Shown: one piece after another, positions 18,289 to 27,213 of the stretch
How the letters are laid out: each line of letters begins with the position of its first letter
Numbering within the stretch: the stretch's first letter is position 1
NCBI GenBank assembly: GCA_963771355.1
Contig: CAVYTA010000006.1
Location: forward strand, 2,144,001-2,208,000
Source: an uncultured Candidatus Rokubacteria bacterium
GTDB lineage: Bacteria > Methylomirabilota > Methylomirabilia > Rokubacteriales > CSP1-6
Length of the DNA: 64,000 nt
Direction of reading: 5' to 3'
Translations under genes and position numbers: made by a program
The notes under the pieces: model-generated
The model's input: the letters and a program-made list of their open reading frames with translations, nothing else
Databases searched by the model: none
What the model was told of the DNA's origin: nothing

Positions 18289-21062
18289 CGCGCGCCTCCC
18301 CCCGGAGTACGCGCGGAGGCCAGCCCCGCGACGAGCGCCACGAACGCGCGCTCGTCCACCGGTTTCGTGACGTAGTGCTCCACCCCCAGCCGGCGCGCGA
18401 GCTCCAGATGCTTCTCCCCCGCCCGCGTGGTGAGAATGACCACCGGGATCGCCCGCGTCTCGGGGCGGCGGCGGAGATCCTGGACGAGCTCGAAACCGTT
18501 GACCCGCGGCATCTCGAGATCGGTGACCACGACGTCCACCATGGTGTCGGCGAGGAGGTTCAGCGCCTCGCCGCCGTCCGCCGCCATCCGCACCTCGAAG
18601 CCCGCGCGCTCGAGCATGAGCCCCACGAACTTCCGCACGCTCAGCGAGTCGTCCACCAGGAGCACGCGCGGCGCCTCGCGCGGCGGGGCGCCCGGCCGGA
18701 TCGGCACCGGACGCGGCGCGCCGACCCTCGGCGCATCCCCGCGCCGCGTCTCGGCGAGCCGCGTGGGGTCGAGCAGCAGGATGACCCGGCCCTCGCCGGA
18801 GACCGTCGCGCCCGACCAGGGACCGGCGCCGTCGAGGAAGGCGCCCAGGCCCTTGATGACGATCTCGGACTTGCCGAGCAGCTCGTCCACCACCGCCGCC
18901 ACCAGCCGGCGGCCCGCCCGGAGCGCCACCACCGAGAGCCGCCGGCCCGGCGGGTCACCCGCCACCTCGAGGACCCGGTCGAGCCGGAGCAGGGGGAGAT
19001 CCTGTCCCTCGATCGCCACCGTCTCGCCGTCCGGACCCGTCCGGATCTCGTCCGGACGCGCGGAGTACAGCCCGCGGATCGCGGTCACCGGGATGGCGAG
19101 CTCCACCGCTCCCACGCGCACCCCCAGCGCCTCGCCGATCAACACGGTGAGGGGCAGCTTGAGCGTGAAGCGCGTGCCGACCCCCACCTCGGTCTCGATG
19201 TCGATCTCGCCGCCGAGCCGGCGGACATTGGTCCGCACCACGTCCATGCCCACGCCGCGGCCCGCCGCGGACGTGGCCACCTCCGCGGTGCTGAAGCCCG
19301 GCAGGAACACGAGGTCGAGCGCCTCGCGCTCGCTCAGGTAGGCGGCCGCCACCGCGTCCAGAAAGCCGCCGCGGACGGCGCTGGCCCGGAGCCGATCCGT
19401 GTCGAGGCCCCGCCCATCGTCCTCCACCTCCACGTACACCACGCCGCCCACGTGATAGGCGCGGAGGGACACGGTGCCATGCTCGGCCTTGCCTCGCCCG
19501 CTACGCTCGGCCGCGGGCTCCAGCCCGTGGAACACCGCGTTCTGCACGAGGTGCAGCAGCGGGTCGGCGATCTGCTCGATGATGGTGTTGTCGAGCTCGA
19601 CGCCCTCGCCCGCCACCTCGAGGTCCACCATCTTGCCGGAGGCCCGCGCGAGCTCCCGAACCTGGCGGGCGTGTCGGGCGAATAGCCGGCCGATGGGGAC
19701 CATGCGCGAGCGCGTGATGTCGCTTCGGAGTCGCCCGGTGAGGCGCTGCACCTGGGCGGTGTCCTCACGGATGGTGCGAACCAGGCCGGCGAGCTGGGTC
19801 TGCACCTCGGCCACGTCGGCGGACACCTCCGCCACGCGACGGGAGAGGATGTTGAAATCGTCGTAGCGGTCGAACTCCAGCTCCTCGAAGTTGTGGAGGA
19901 AGGCGCCCGGGTGCGGCTCCGCGGGCGGCGCCCCCGCCCCGCCGCTCGACCCGTGGGCGGCCGGCACGGCGGCCAGCTGCGTGTAGCCGTGCTTGCCCTC
20001 GAAGGTCTGCACGGCCTGCGCCATGCGCGAGCGGCTCCAGAGGAGGAGCTCGCCCACCCGGTCGAGCTGGGTGAGGTGGTCGTCCATGCGTGAGCGCGCG
20101 ATGACCAGCTCACCCACCAGATTCATCAGCGAGTCGAGCCGCTCCACGCTCACGCGGATGCTGGCGCGCGCGGACGGCGCCGCGCTCCACGCCGCCACCG
20201 CGGGCTCCATGGCCTCCGCGGTCGACGCGGTGTCGGCGGGGTCCGCCCCGGCCAGGGCCGGCTCCGCCGTAGTCGCCGCGGGAGCGCCCAGCGCGGCCTC
20301 GACGAGGGCGCGGGCGCGCGTCACCGAGGACTCGAGCCCGGCCGGACGCTCGGTGGCGGCGGCGAGCATGAGGCGCACGGCGTCGGCGCTGGCGAACACG
20401 GCCTCCACCGTGGCGGGCGTGAAGCGCCGCCGGCCCTCGCGCACCGCCACGAGGAGATCCTCCACGCGGTGGGCGAAGTCCCCGATGGTGGGACAGCCTA
20501 CCGTGTAGGCGGCGCCCTTGAGGGTGTGGAAGGCGCGGAACAGCGTCGCCACCTCGGCGTCGGGGTGGGCGCCGCGCTCGAGCGCCAGCAGCGCGTGGGT
20601 GATGGTCTCGAGATGCTCGATCGCCTCCGGGCCGAAATACTCGAGGACATCCCCGTTCTCGGCATAGAACCGGGCCAGCTCGTCGAGCACCCGCCCGCCC
20701 GCGCCCGGAGGGGGCGCGGCTTCCGGCTCGGCGGGCGGCACCGTCTCCGGCCCCACCCGCTCCAGCAACTCGCGCAGCCGCACCACCGCGTGGTCGAGCC
20801 CGTCGGCGAACGGGCTGCGCTCCTCCGGGGCCAGGCTCTGCACGTGCTCCAGCATCGCCTCCAGCTCGGCCGCTTCCGCGGCCAGCTCCGGGAAGCCGTG
20901 CAGCGCGGCGGCGCCGCGGAGCCGGTGGGTCACCACCAGCAGGGGCTCGACGTCACCGCCTTCACGCAGACTGCCGGCGCCTTCCTCGAGGGTGGACACG
21001 GTGTCCCACGCCTCCATGAGGAAGATGCTCAGCAAGAACTCGCGATCCGGGTGCTCCGTCAT
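18285..21062 (-). CDS. cheA: Hybrid CheA/ChpA-like kinase (2 Hpt, dimerisation, HATPase, CheW, receiver)
   Basis: HRLRGAA and HTLKGAA Hpt motifs; LMNLVGELVI, EDDGRG, GFSTA, GRGVGMDVV; C-terminal VTDLEMP receiver. Confidence 0.92.
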   Translation of the reverse strand: MTEHPDREFLLSIFLMEAWDTVSTLEEGAGSLREGGDVEPLLVVTHRLRGAAALHGFPELAAEAAELEAMLEHVQSLAPEERSPFADGLDHAVVRLRELLERVGPETVPPAEPEAAPPPGAGGRVLDELARFYAENGDVLEYFGPEAIEHLETITHALLALERGAHPDAEVATLFRAFHTLKGAAYTVGCPTIGDFAHRVEDLLVAVREGRRRFTPATVEAVFASADAVRLMLAAATERPAGLESSVTRARALVEAALGAPAATTAEPALAGADPADTASTAEAMEPAVAAWSAAPSARASIRVSVERLDSLMNLVGELVIARSRMDDHLTQLDRVGELLLWSRSRMAQAVQTFEGKHGYTQLAAVPAAHGSSGGAGAPPAEPHPGAFLHNFEELEFDRYDDFNILSRRVAEVSADVAEVQTQLAGLVRTIREDTAQVQRLTGRLRSDITRSRMVPIGRLFARHARQVRELARASGKMVDLEVAGEGVELDNTIIEQIADPLLHLVQNAVFHGLEPAAERSGRGKAEHGTVSLRAYHVGGVVYVEVEDDGRGLDTDRLRASAVRGGFLDAVAAAYLSEREALDLVFLPGFSTAEVATSAAGRGVGMDVVRTNVRRLGGEIDIETEVGVGTRFTLKLPLTVLIGEALGVRVGAVELAIPVTAIRGLYSARPDEIRTGPDGETVAIEGQDLPLLRLDRVLEVAGDPPGRRLSVVALRAGRRLVAAVVDELLGKSEIVIKGLGAFLDGAGPWSGATVSGEGRVILLLDPTRLAETRRGDAPRVGAPRPVPIRPGAPPREAPRVLLVDDSLSVRKFVGLMLERAGFEVRMAADGGEALNLLADTMVDVVVTDLEMPRVNGFELVQDLRRRPETRAIPVVILTTRAGEKHLELARRLGVEHYVTKPVDERAFVALVAGLASARTPGGGAR

Positions 21063-21084
21063 CGTCGCCCTGGGATTCGCCCGC

Positions 21085-22983
21085 TCAGGCCGCCAGCTTG
21101 AATCGGGACAGGGTCTGGGTGAGCTCCTCGGCCAGCCGCACCAGGTCCTCCACCGTCTTCCGGGTCTGGAGGACCCCCTGCTCGGTCTGGAGCGCCACCC
21201 CCGCGATGGCCTGCACGGCGACGCCGACGTGCTCGGCGCCCTTGACCTGCTCCTGCGCGGTCACCGAGATGTCCTGGGCCAGCCCGGCCGAGCGCTTCGA
21301 CACGTTGGCGATCTCGCGCAAGCTCTCGCCGGCCTGGGTGGTGACTCGATACCCGGTCTCGACCTCCCGGGTCCCCTCCTCCATGGCGATCACCGCCTGC
21401 TGGGTCTCGGACTGGAAGTTCTTGATGAGAACGGCGATGTCGCGGGTGGCCTTGGCCGACCGCTCCGCCAGCTTCCGCACCTCGTCGGCGACGACGGCGA
21501 ACCGGAGACCGGCCTCACCCGCGCCGGCCGCCTCGATGGCGGCGTTGAGCGCGAGCAAGTTGGTCTGCGCCGCGATGTCGTCGATGGTGTTGACGATCTC
21601 GGAGATCTCGAGCGAGCGGTCGCCGAGATTCTTGATCTTCTTGGAGATGCCCTGCACCTCGTTCCGGATCCGCTGCATGCTGTCGAGGCTTCGCTGCACC
21701 GCCTGCTCACCCTGCTGGGCGGCGTCGAGGCCCTGCCGGGCGGCGCGGGCGGAGTCCTCCGCGGTACCGGCCACGCGCCGGACCGAGGTGCCGAGCTGGT
21801 CCACGTTACCGGTGGCCTGCATGGCGTCGCGCGCCTGCGCCCGCGCGCCCGTCTCGATTTGCCCCATGGACACGATCATCTCGCTGGCGCTCGCCGACAC
21901 GTGATGCGCGGCCTGGCGCACGTCCAGCAGGAGGTGGCCGATCTCGCCCACCATGACGTTGATGGCGTCCACCACGCTGCCGAGCACATCGGAGGTCACG
22001 TCGCCCCGCTTGGTGAGGTCCCCATGGGAGACCTCCATGGCCACGTCGAGGAAGCGCGTGATGTTGGCCTGCAGGTCCTGGCGCTGCCGACGCTCGGCGT
22101 CGCGCTCGGCCACCGTCTGCACCAGCGAGCGGAGGCGGACGATGGAGTCGTTGAAGGTGGAGGCGAGCTGACCGAGCTCGTCGCGCGACTGGACCGGGGC
22201 GAGCTTGGAAAGGTCGCCCTTACCAACCTGCTCCGCCACCCGCACCAGCTGCCGGATGGGCCGCGTGATGCGCCGGGCGAAGACCACCGCCGCCAGCACC
22301 GCCGCCACCGCGAAGCCGCCGAAGGTCAGGAGGAGGGTGGAGCCGGCCTGCGCGGCGGCGGCGGTGATGATGGTCTTGTCCATGCCCACGCGCACGGTGC
22401 CGAGCTGGCCCGCGAGCACCGGTACCGCGATGTCGATGACCTCCCGCTCCCCGCGTCCGGCGGGATCCTGGTAGCGAACCTCCTGCACCTTCTGCGCCCA
22501 ATCACCCGGCACGAGGTTCTGATCCACCAGCCCGGGCGGCACCAGGGGCGCGAAGGTGTGGGCGATGAGGGTCCGCTGCTGGTCGTACACCATGACGTAG
22601 GCCACGCCGCTGATGCCGGCCACCTGGTCCACCTGCGCCTGCACGGTGGAGGCGTCGCGGGTGAGGACGAGGTCCACCGCGGTGTTGGCGAGGCCTCTGG
22701 CGATCGCCGAGCCCTTGGACGTGAATTCCTCGGTGAGGTTGGTCCGGAGCGACTGCACCGAGATCGTCCAGGTGAGCGCCGCGAGGGGAACCAGGATGAG
22801 AAGCAGGAACGCCATGATCTTGGCGAGGAGGCCGAATCGGCCCGACCATCGGAACCCGCCCTCGGAACGACTCGTCCGCGGGGGCGACGGCTCCACCGGC
22901 GGATCACTTGTGACTGGGACGGCGGCCGCCGCCGCGCGCCCCTGCTCCCTCTTGATCCGCTCCCACTCCGTCATCGCTGCCAT
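21085..22983 (-). CDS. Methyl-accepting chemotaxis protein (PilJ-like)
   Basis: Two TM helices, HAMP ([11 protein letters not shown]), [17 protein letters not shown]...[13 protein letters not shown]. Confidence 0.92.
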   Translation of the reverse strand: MAAMTEWERIKREQGRAAAAAVPVTSDPPVEPSPPRTSRSEGGFRWSGRFGLLAKIMAFLLLILVPLAALTWTISVQSLRTNLTEEFTSKGSAIARGLANTAVDLVLTRDASTVQAQVDQVAGISGVAYVMVYDQQRTLIAHTFAPLVPPGLVDQNLVPGDWAQKVQEVRYQDPAGRGEREVIDIAVPVLAGQLGTVRVGMDKTIITAAAAQAGSTLLLTFGGFAVAAVLAAVVFARRITRPIRQLVRVAEQVGKGDLSKLAPVQSRDELGQLASTFNDSIVRLRSLVQTVAERDAERRQRQDLQANITRFLDVAMEVSHGDLTKRGDVTSDVLGSVVDAINVMVGEIGHLLLDVRQAAHHVSASASEMIVSMGQIETGARAQARDAMQATGNVDQLGTSVRRVAGTAEDSARAARQGLDAAQQGEQAVQRSLDSMQRIRNEVQGISKKIKNLGDRSLEISEIVNTIDDIAAQTNLLALNAAIEAAGAGEAGLRFAVVADEVRKLAERSAKATRDIAVLIKNFQSETQQAVIAMEEGTREVETGYRVTTQAGESLREIANVSKRSAGLAQDISVTAQEQVKGAEHVGVAVQAIAGVALQTEQGVLQTRKTVEDLVRLAEELTQTLSRFKLAA

Positions 22984-22998
22984 TGCCGGTCCTCCTCG

Positions 22999-24324
22999 CT
23001 ATGCCTTGGCGGCGGCGTTCCAGTCCTGGACCGGAACCCAGCGGCCGTTCTCGACGCGGGTGAAGTAGACGCTGTCCAGCCCCTGATGACGCTCGGGCCC
23101 GAAGTTGAGCGGGGCGGCGATGCCCAGGTCCACGTTCCGCATCCCCTCGAGCGCCTGCCGGAGGGCGACGCGCGTGGGAGCCGGGCCCGCACGGCGCAGC
23201 GCTTCCACGATCACCTTGGCGTTCACGTAGCCCTCGAGGCTGATGAAGCTGAACTTCTGCGGGGCGTACTTGGGATCGCGGAGGCTCTCCGGCACGGTGG
23301 GCTTGTGACGCTCCATGAGGGCGCGGTACTCCACCACCGCGGGCAGCGTGAGGTCGTCGTAGCTCGGCACCACCTGCGAGTTGACGAGGCCGGTGGTGTA
23401 CTCGCGGCCGGATGTCTTGCCGTGCTGGACGAGCAGGGCGAGCATGGCGTCCGAGCCGACGAAGGAGACGTTGGCGATCGGCACACTCCAGCCGAGATCG
23501 CGCGCGGTGCGCACGAAGGCCCCGCAGCCCTGGTAGGCTCCGGTGCAGAGGACCACGTCCACCCCCGCGCGGCGCAGCTCGCCCACCGCGGGGCTCATGT
23601 CCTCCTCGAACTTCGCGCCGCGCGTGTAGGTCGCCTCCGCCACGATCCGCGCGTTGCGCAGGGCGAGCCCCCGGGCCACGCCGTCGGTGCCGCTGCGGCC
23701 GTACGCGTCCACCTGGTAGTAGACGCCGAACTTGCGGGCCCCCTGCTCCCAGAAGCGGTCGACGAGCGCCATCATCTCCTGGCGATAGGAGGCGCGGATG
23801 TTGAAGACGTGCTCGCCGTACGGCGCCTCGCGCTGCGGCTGCGCCCCGGTGAAGTTCCCCACCAGGATCACCTGCTGGGCGGCATAGCGCTTGATGAGGG
23901 GCAGCGCGCGGGTGAGGGTGGGCGTGCCCACGTAGTTCGACAGGAAGAAGACGTTCTCCTTCTCGATGAGCTGGAGCGTGTTGCGGATGCACGGGATGGG
24001 CTCGTAGCCGTCGTCGATGGCCATCACGCCGATCGAGCGGCCGTGCACTCCGCCCCGGGAGTTGATCTCGTCGTAGTAGGCCTGCGCCCCCCGGTAGAAC
24101 TCGGTACCCAGACCCGCGGCGGTGCCCTTGAAGGCGGCGCTCATCCCGATGCGGATGTCCTTGGCAGAAACGCCGGGAACACTGGCGGCGGGGATCTCGG
24201 GCGCCCCCGGGCGCGCCGGCGGGGCCGGCTTGATCGCCTGCGCCCAGCCGGACGTGGCTCCACTGCTCACCATCCCGCCGGTGAGCCCTGCCGAGAGAAG
24301 TCGAAGCACCGTGCGCCGCTTCAT
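22999..24324 (-). CDS. Periplasmic binding protein (LivJ-like), probable Tat signal
   Basis: MKRRTVLRLL; IRIGMSAAFKG, INSRGGVHGR, DDGYEP, VGTPT. Confidence 0.85.
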   Translation of the reverse strand: MKRRTVLRLLSAGLTGGMVSSGATSGWAQAIKPAPPARPGAPEIPAASVPGVSAKDIRIGMSAAFKGTAAGLGTEFYRGAQAYYDEINSRGGVHGRSIGVMAIDDGYEPIPCIRNTLQLIEKENVFFLSNYVGTPTLTRALPLIKRYAAQQVILVGNFTGAQPQREAPYGEHVFNIRASYRQEMMALVDRFWEQGARKFGVYYQVDAYGRSGTDGVARGLALRNARIVAEATYTRGAKFEEDMSPAVGELRRAGVDVVLCTGAYQGCGAFVRTARDLGWSVPIANVSFVGSDAMLALLVQHGKTSGREYTTGLVNSQVVPSYDDLTLPAVVEYRALMERHKPTVPESLRDPKYAPQKFSFISLEGYVNAKVIVEALRRAGPAPTRVALRQALEGMRNVDLGIAAPLNFGPERHQGLDSVYFTRVENGRWVPVQDWNAAAKA

Positions 24325-24342
24325 CCGTCGCCTCCTTGGCTC

Positions 24343-24828
24343 CTAGTGGTTCCCGGCCGTCCGGGGCGCGCCGGTGAGCGCGGCCCGAAGGGCCTCGAGC
24401 ACCGCGCCCGCGTCGAGCACCGTCACTTCACCCGCCGTCCCCGCCGCCACTCCGGCCGCGAGTCGACCCCAGCGCCGCCGGGCCGGCTCTCCCAGCGGAG
24501 ACGGCGTCCCGAGGGGCTCGAGGCCGAGCACGGCGTCGATCGCCGCCGCCGCCGCCCACGGACCGTGGGCGAGGACGATGCCGAGCGTCTGCCGCGCCGG
24601 CTCGCGGGCCGGCAGGCCCAGCAGCGGCCCCAGGTCCACGATCGGCATCACCGCCCCGCGGAGATTGGCCAGTCCCATCAGAAAGGGCGGGGCCAGCGGC
24701 ACCGGGGTGAGGCCGTCGAAGACGACCACCTCCCGAGCCTGGCCCACCTCCACCGCGAAGCGCGATCCCGCGAGCATGAACACGCACGCCCGGGCGCCGG
24801 TGGGCCGTTCGACGACGGCCTCGCTCAT
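24343..24828 (-). CDS. cheW: CheW (PilI-like) adaptor
   Basis: LTPVPLAPPFLMGLANLRGAVMPIVDL. Confidence 0.88.
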   Translation of the reverse strand: MSEAVVERPTGARACVFMLAGSRFAVEVGQAREVVVFDGLTPVPLAPPFLMGLANLRGAVMPIVDLGPLLGLPAREPARQTLGIVLAHGPWAAAAAIDAVLGLEPLGTPSPLGEPARRRWGRLAAGVAAGTAGEVTVLDAGAVLEALRAALTGAPRTAGNH

Positions 24829-24835
24829 CGCGCCG

Positions 24836-25198
24836 CTACCGCGCGAAGCGGCGCACGGCCTCGAGAAGCTGCTCCGCCGTGAAGGGCTTGCCGAGATACT
24901 CGTCCGCCCCCTGCCGCTTGCCCCACACCCGGTCGCTTTCCTGGTTCTTCGAGCTGACCACCACCACCGGGGTGTCCTTGGTCCGCCCGTCGCGCTTGAT
25001 GCTGCGGAGGATCTCGTAGCCGTTGCGCTTGGGCATGACGATGTCGAGCAGCAGCACGTCGGGCTGCTCCTCGGCGACTTTGTCCTCCAGACGATCGCCG
25101 TCGATCAACGTGACCACCTTGTGGCCGGCGCTCCGGAGAATGCCTTCCATCATCGTCAGCTCGGAATACGCGTCATCGACGACCATCACCTTGCCCAT
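24836..25198 (-). CDS. Single-domain response regulator (PilH/CheY-like)
   Basis: ATG at 25198 after GAGGA; VVDD, LLDIVMP, SSKNQESDRVWGKRQGA, KPF. Confidence 0.9.
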   Translation of the reverse strand: MGKVMVVDDAYSELTMMEGILRSAGHKVVTLIDGDRLEDKVAEEQPDVLLLDIVMPKRNGYEILRSIKRDGRTKDTPVVVVSSKNQESDRVWGKRQGADEYLGKPFTAEQLLEAVRRFAR

Positions 25199-25290
25199 CG
25201 CGGTTCGATTCCTCCCTCTCTTTCGGGTGCGCGCGGCCTGCTGGCGGAGCCCGGACGGGGCTGGACAGAGACCCAACCGCCCGGAAAGTC

Positions 25291-25306
25291 TGCAAGGCCG
25301 GGGCCA
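25291..25306 (-). promoter_or_regulatory. Candidate sigma-54 promoter of the chemosensory-mgl-pilB operon
   Basis: Minus strand reads TGGCCCCGGCCTTGCA (GG-N10-GC with TTGCA), ~90 nt upstream of the first gene. Confidence 0.55.
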
Positions 25307-25493
25307 GTGGTGTACGCGGACGCCGGCGCGGCGCCGCCGGCGCTCCCGGCGGAAGCGGTGATGCCCGTTTGGCCAATGACGGCGGGGGCTTTTCGAAGCG
25401 GCGGGGGGACGGCGGGTGGGCGTCCCGCGCCGGGCCCGCTGACACTCAGGGGCAAGGAACCTTACAATCGCGGAATGCGCGTCGCGGCGCCGA

Positions 25494-25518
25494 CACTGTC
25501 AGTGGCGCTGACGTCAGC
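25494..25518. promoter_or_regulatory. Adjacent palindromes, candidate activator/operator sites
   Basis: CACTG-T-CAGTG (25494-25504) and perfect GCTGACGTCAGC (25507-25518). Confidence 0.35.
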
Positions 25519-25552
25519 ATCACGACAGCGAAAGGGCGGCGCGCCTACAAAC

Positions 25553-27049
25553 CTAAAAGTTCTCTACCCTCCGCCCCCTCGAGTACTCGAATCCGAGCCA
25601 CAGGAGGAAGAAGAGCGCCAGCTGCATGGAGGCCGCGTGGAAGAGGGGGAGGAGCTCGTCGGACACCAGCTCGAAGCCGTAGCCGACCGCCATGATCGCG
25701 GTGAGGAGCGCCATCTCCACCAGCCGGAGAGGATCCGCGCGGCCGTGCTGCCAGGGCAGGAGCACCAGCAGCACCAGGAAGGAGTAGTAGTAGCCGGTGA
25801 GCGAGAGGGCGCAGAAGACGAGCGGCACCGCGTACATCACGCTCTCGAGGTGCCCGGCGCGGAGGATCAACGGCAGGGCGGCGAGGAAGTAGAGCCCCGA
25901 GGCGAGGGCGATGGTGCGCCCGGACGGGCGCGCGGCCAGCAGCGCGTCGTGGGCCACGTACACGCGCCCATCCGGCCCCTGGCTCCAGGGCGCGGTGTGC
26001 GCGGCGATGAGCGGGCCCAGACCCACCGTGTTGACGAAGCCGGCCTCGCGGTGTCGCTGGATCTTGACGCCGTACTCGCGAAGATGCGATCGCTCGTCTC
26101 CCGCCGCCGCCACTCCGATCACGGCGAGCCCGAGCACCACCGCCGCCGCCGCGAGACCGCGTGACAGCACGGGGTCTCGAGCCCCGCCGAGCCGCCCCTG
26201 CAGCCACTTCACCGCGAGCGGCAAGAGGAACAGCACGGGGAAGATGCGCGCCAGCACCGCATAGCCGAGCAGCGCCCCCGCCGCGATCCCCCGGCCGCGC
26301 GCGTAGAGGGAGAGACCGGCGAGCAGGGCGGCGATCCAGTCCCAGCGCAGGATCGAGCCTCCGATGAAGTCGAAGCGGGCGAGCGAGCTCAGGAAGAAGA
26401 AGGCCCCCGCGAGGGCGGCGGGGAGCTCGCCGAAGCCCCAGCGGACGGCCACGAACGCCGCCGCGAGGAGAAGATAGTCTACCGAGCTGAGCGCGGTGAC
26501 GACGACGGCATTCGCGGGGACCTCGCGCAGGAGAAGATGGAGGAGCAGCGCCCGCGGCGGAGGGTCGTTGTAGCCATGGTCTTGCAACAGTCCCCGCCAC
26601 TCGTTGATGTGCGGCCCCCAGTAGGTGAGGTCCCGCTTGAACGCCTCCCAGCGCTCGGGGCGGAAGCGGCTCCGCACCGCCGACCGGTCGATGGAAATCG
26701 CGTCGCGAAGGGTGTACGTCTCGAGGTCACGGAGGTGGGTGACGTAGTCGAAGGCCCCCAGCTCGCGCCCGGCGACATAGGTGGCCTCGTAGAGCCGCGT
26801 ATAGCCGAGCTCGGGCAGGTACTTCGCCCCCATGAAGTAGTGGAAGGCGTCCCAGTAGTGCACGTGGCCCCGGCCGGGATGGAAGAAGCCGAAGTTCACG
26901 AAGCCCAGCGCGGCGACCGCGAGCAGGGCGAGGACGAGCAGCCGCAGCCGGCGTGACACGGGCCGGCCCCGGGCGAGCAAGAGGAACACCGTGGCGAGCA
27001 GCACGAGCAGGAGCAGCCGCGCGAGACGGAAGAACTGATACGAGCTCAT
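25553..27049 (-). CDS. Polytopic membrane protein, probable GT-C fold glycosyltransferase (GT87-like)
   Basis: Many TM segments; HYWDAFHY, GYNDPP, ARIFPVLF patterns. Confidence 0.6.
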   Translation of the reverse strand: MSSYQFFRLARLLLLVLLATVFLLLARGRPVSRRLRLLVLALLAVAALGFVNFGFFHPGRGHVHYWDAFHYFMGAKYLPELGYTRLYEATYVAGRELGAFDYVTHLRDLETYTLRDAISIDRSAVRSRFRPERWEAFKRDLTYWGPHINEWRGLLQDHGYNDPPPRALLLHLLLREVPANAVVVTALSSVDYLLLAAAFVAVRWGFGELPAALAGAFFFLSSLARFDFIGGSILRWDWIAALLAGLSLYARGRGIAAGALLGYAVLARIFPVLFLLPLAVKWLQGRLGGARDPVLSRGLAAAAVVLGLAVIGVAAAGDERSHLREYGVKIQRHREAGFVNTVGLGPLIAAHTAPWSQGPDGRVYVAHDALLAARPSGRTIALASGLYFLAALPLILRAGHLESVMYAVPLVFCALSLTGYYYSFLVLLVLLPWQHGRADPLRLVEMALLTAIMAVGYGFELVSDELLPLFHAASMQLALFFLLWLGFEYSRGRRVENF

Positions 27050-27121
27050 GGGGCTGGGGCGAGTCTAGCAAGGCCCGCGCGAAGCCGAGAGGAATCGCGA
27101 CCGCCGGCGCGTTTCACCACC

Positions 27122-27175
27122 GCCAGACGCCTCACGACGGCCAGACGCCTCACGACGGCCAGACGCCTCACGACA
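27122..27175. repeat. 18-bp tandem repeat, 3 copies (GCCAGACGCCTCACGACG)
   Basis: Copies at 27122, 27140 and 27158 (last base of third copy differs); no spacers. Confidence 0.95.
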
Positions 27176-27177
27176 GG

Positions 27178-27206
27178 TTGACGGCTCCGCGAGGGCCCCC
27201 TACACT
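27178..27206 (+). promoter_or_regulatory. Sigma-70 promoter giving a leaderless hydantoinase mRNA
   Basis: TTGACG-N17-TACACT, then 7 nt to ATG at 27214. Confidence 0.7.
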
Positions 27207-27213
27207 CCTGGCC

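Noticed and set aside
20992..24882. 1296-aa plus-strand ORF and many other long antisense or alternate-frame ORFs
   Set aside because: Shadow ORFs expected at this GC content; they lie opposite well-supported genes and have no recognisable motifs
25439..25468. Plus-strand CTGACA-N18-TACAAT promoter suggesting an antisense or small RNA
   Set aside because: No terminator or structured RNA is visible downstream; it cannot be supported without transcript data
27122..27175. Possible CRISPR array
   Set aside because: The repeats are head-to-tail with no spacers, only 18 bp long, and no cas genes are present
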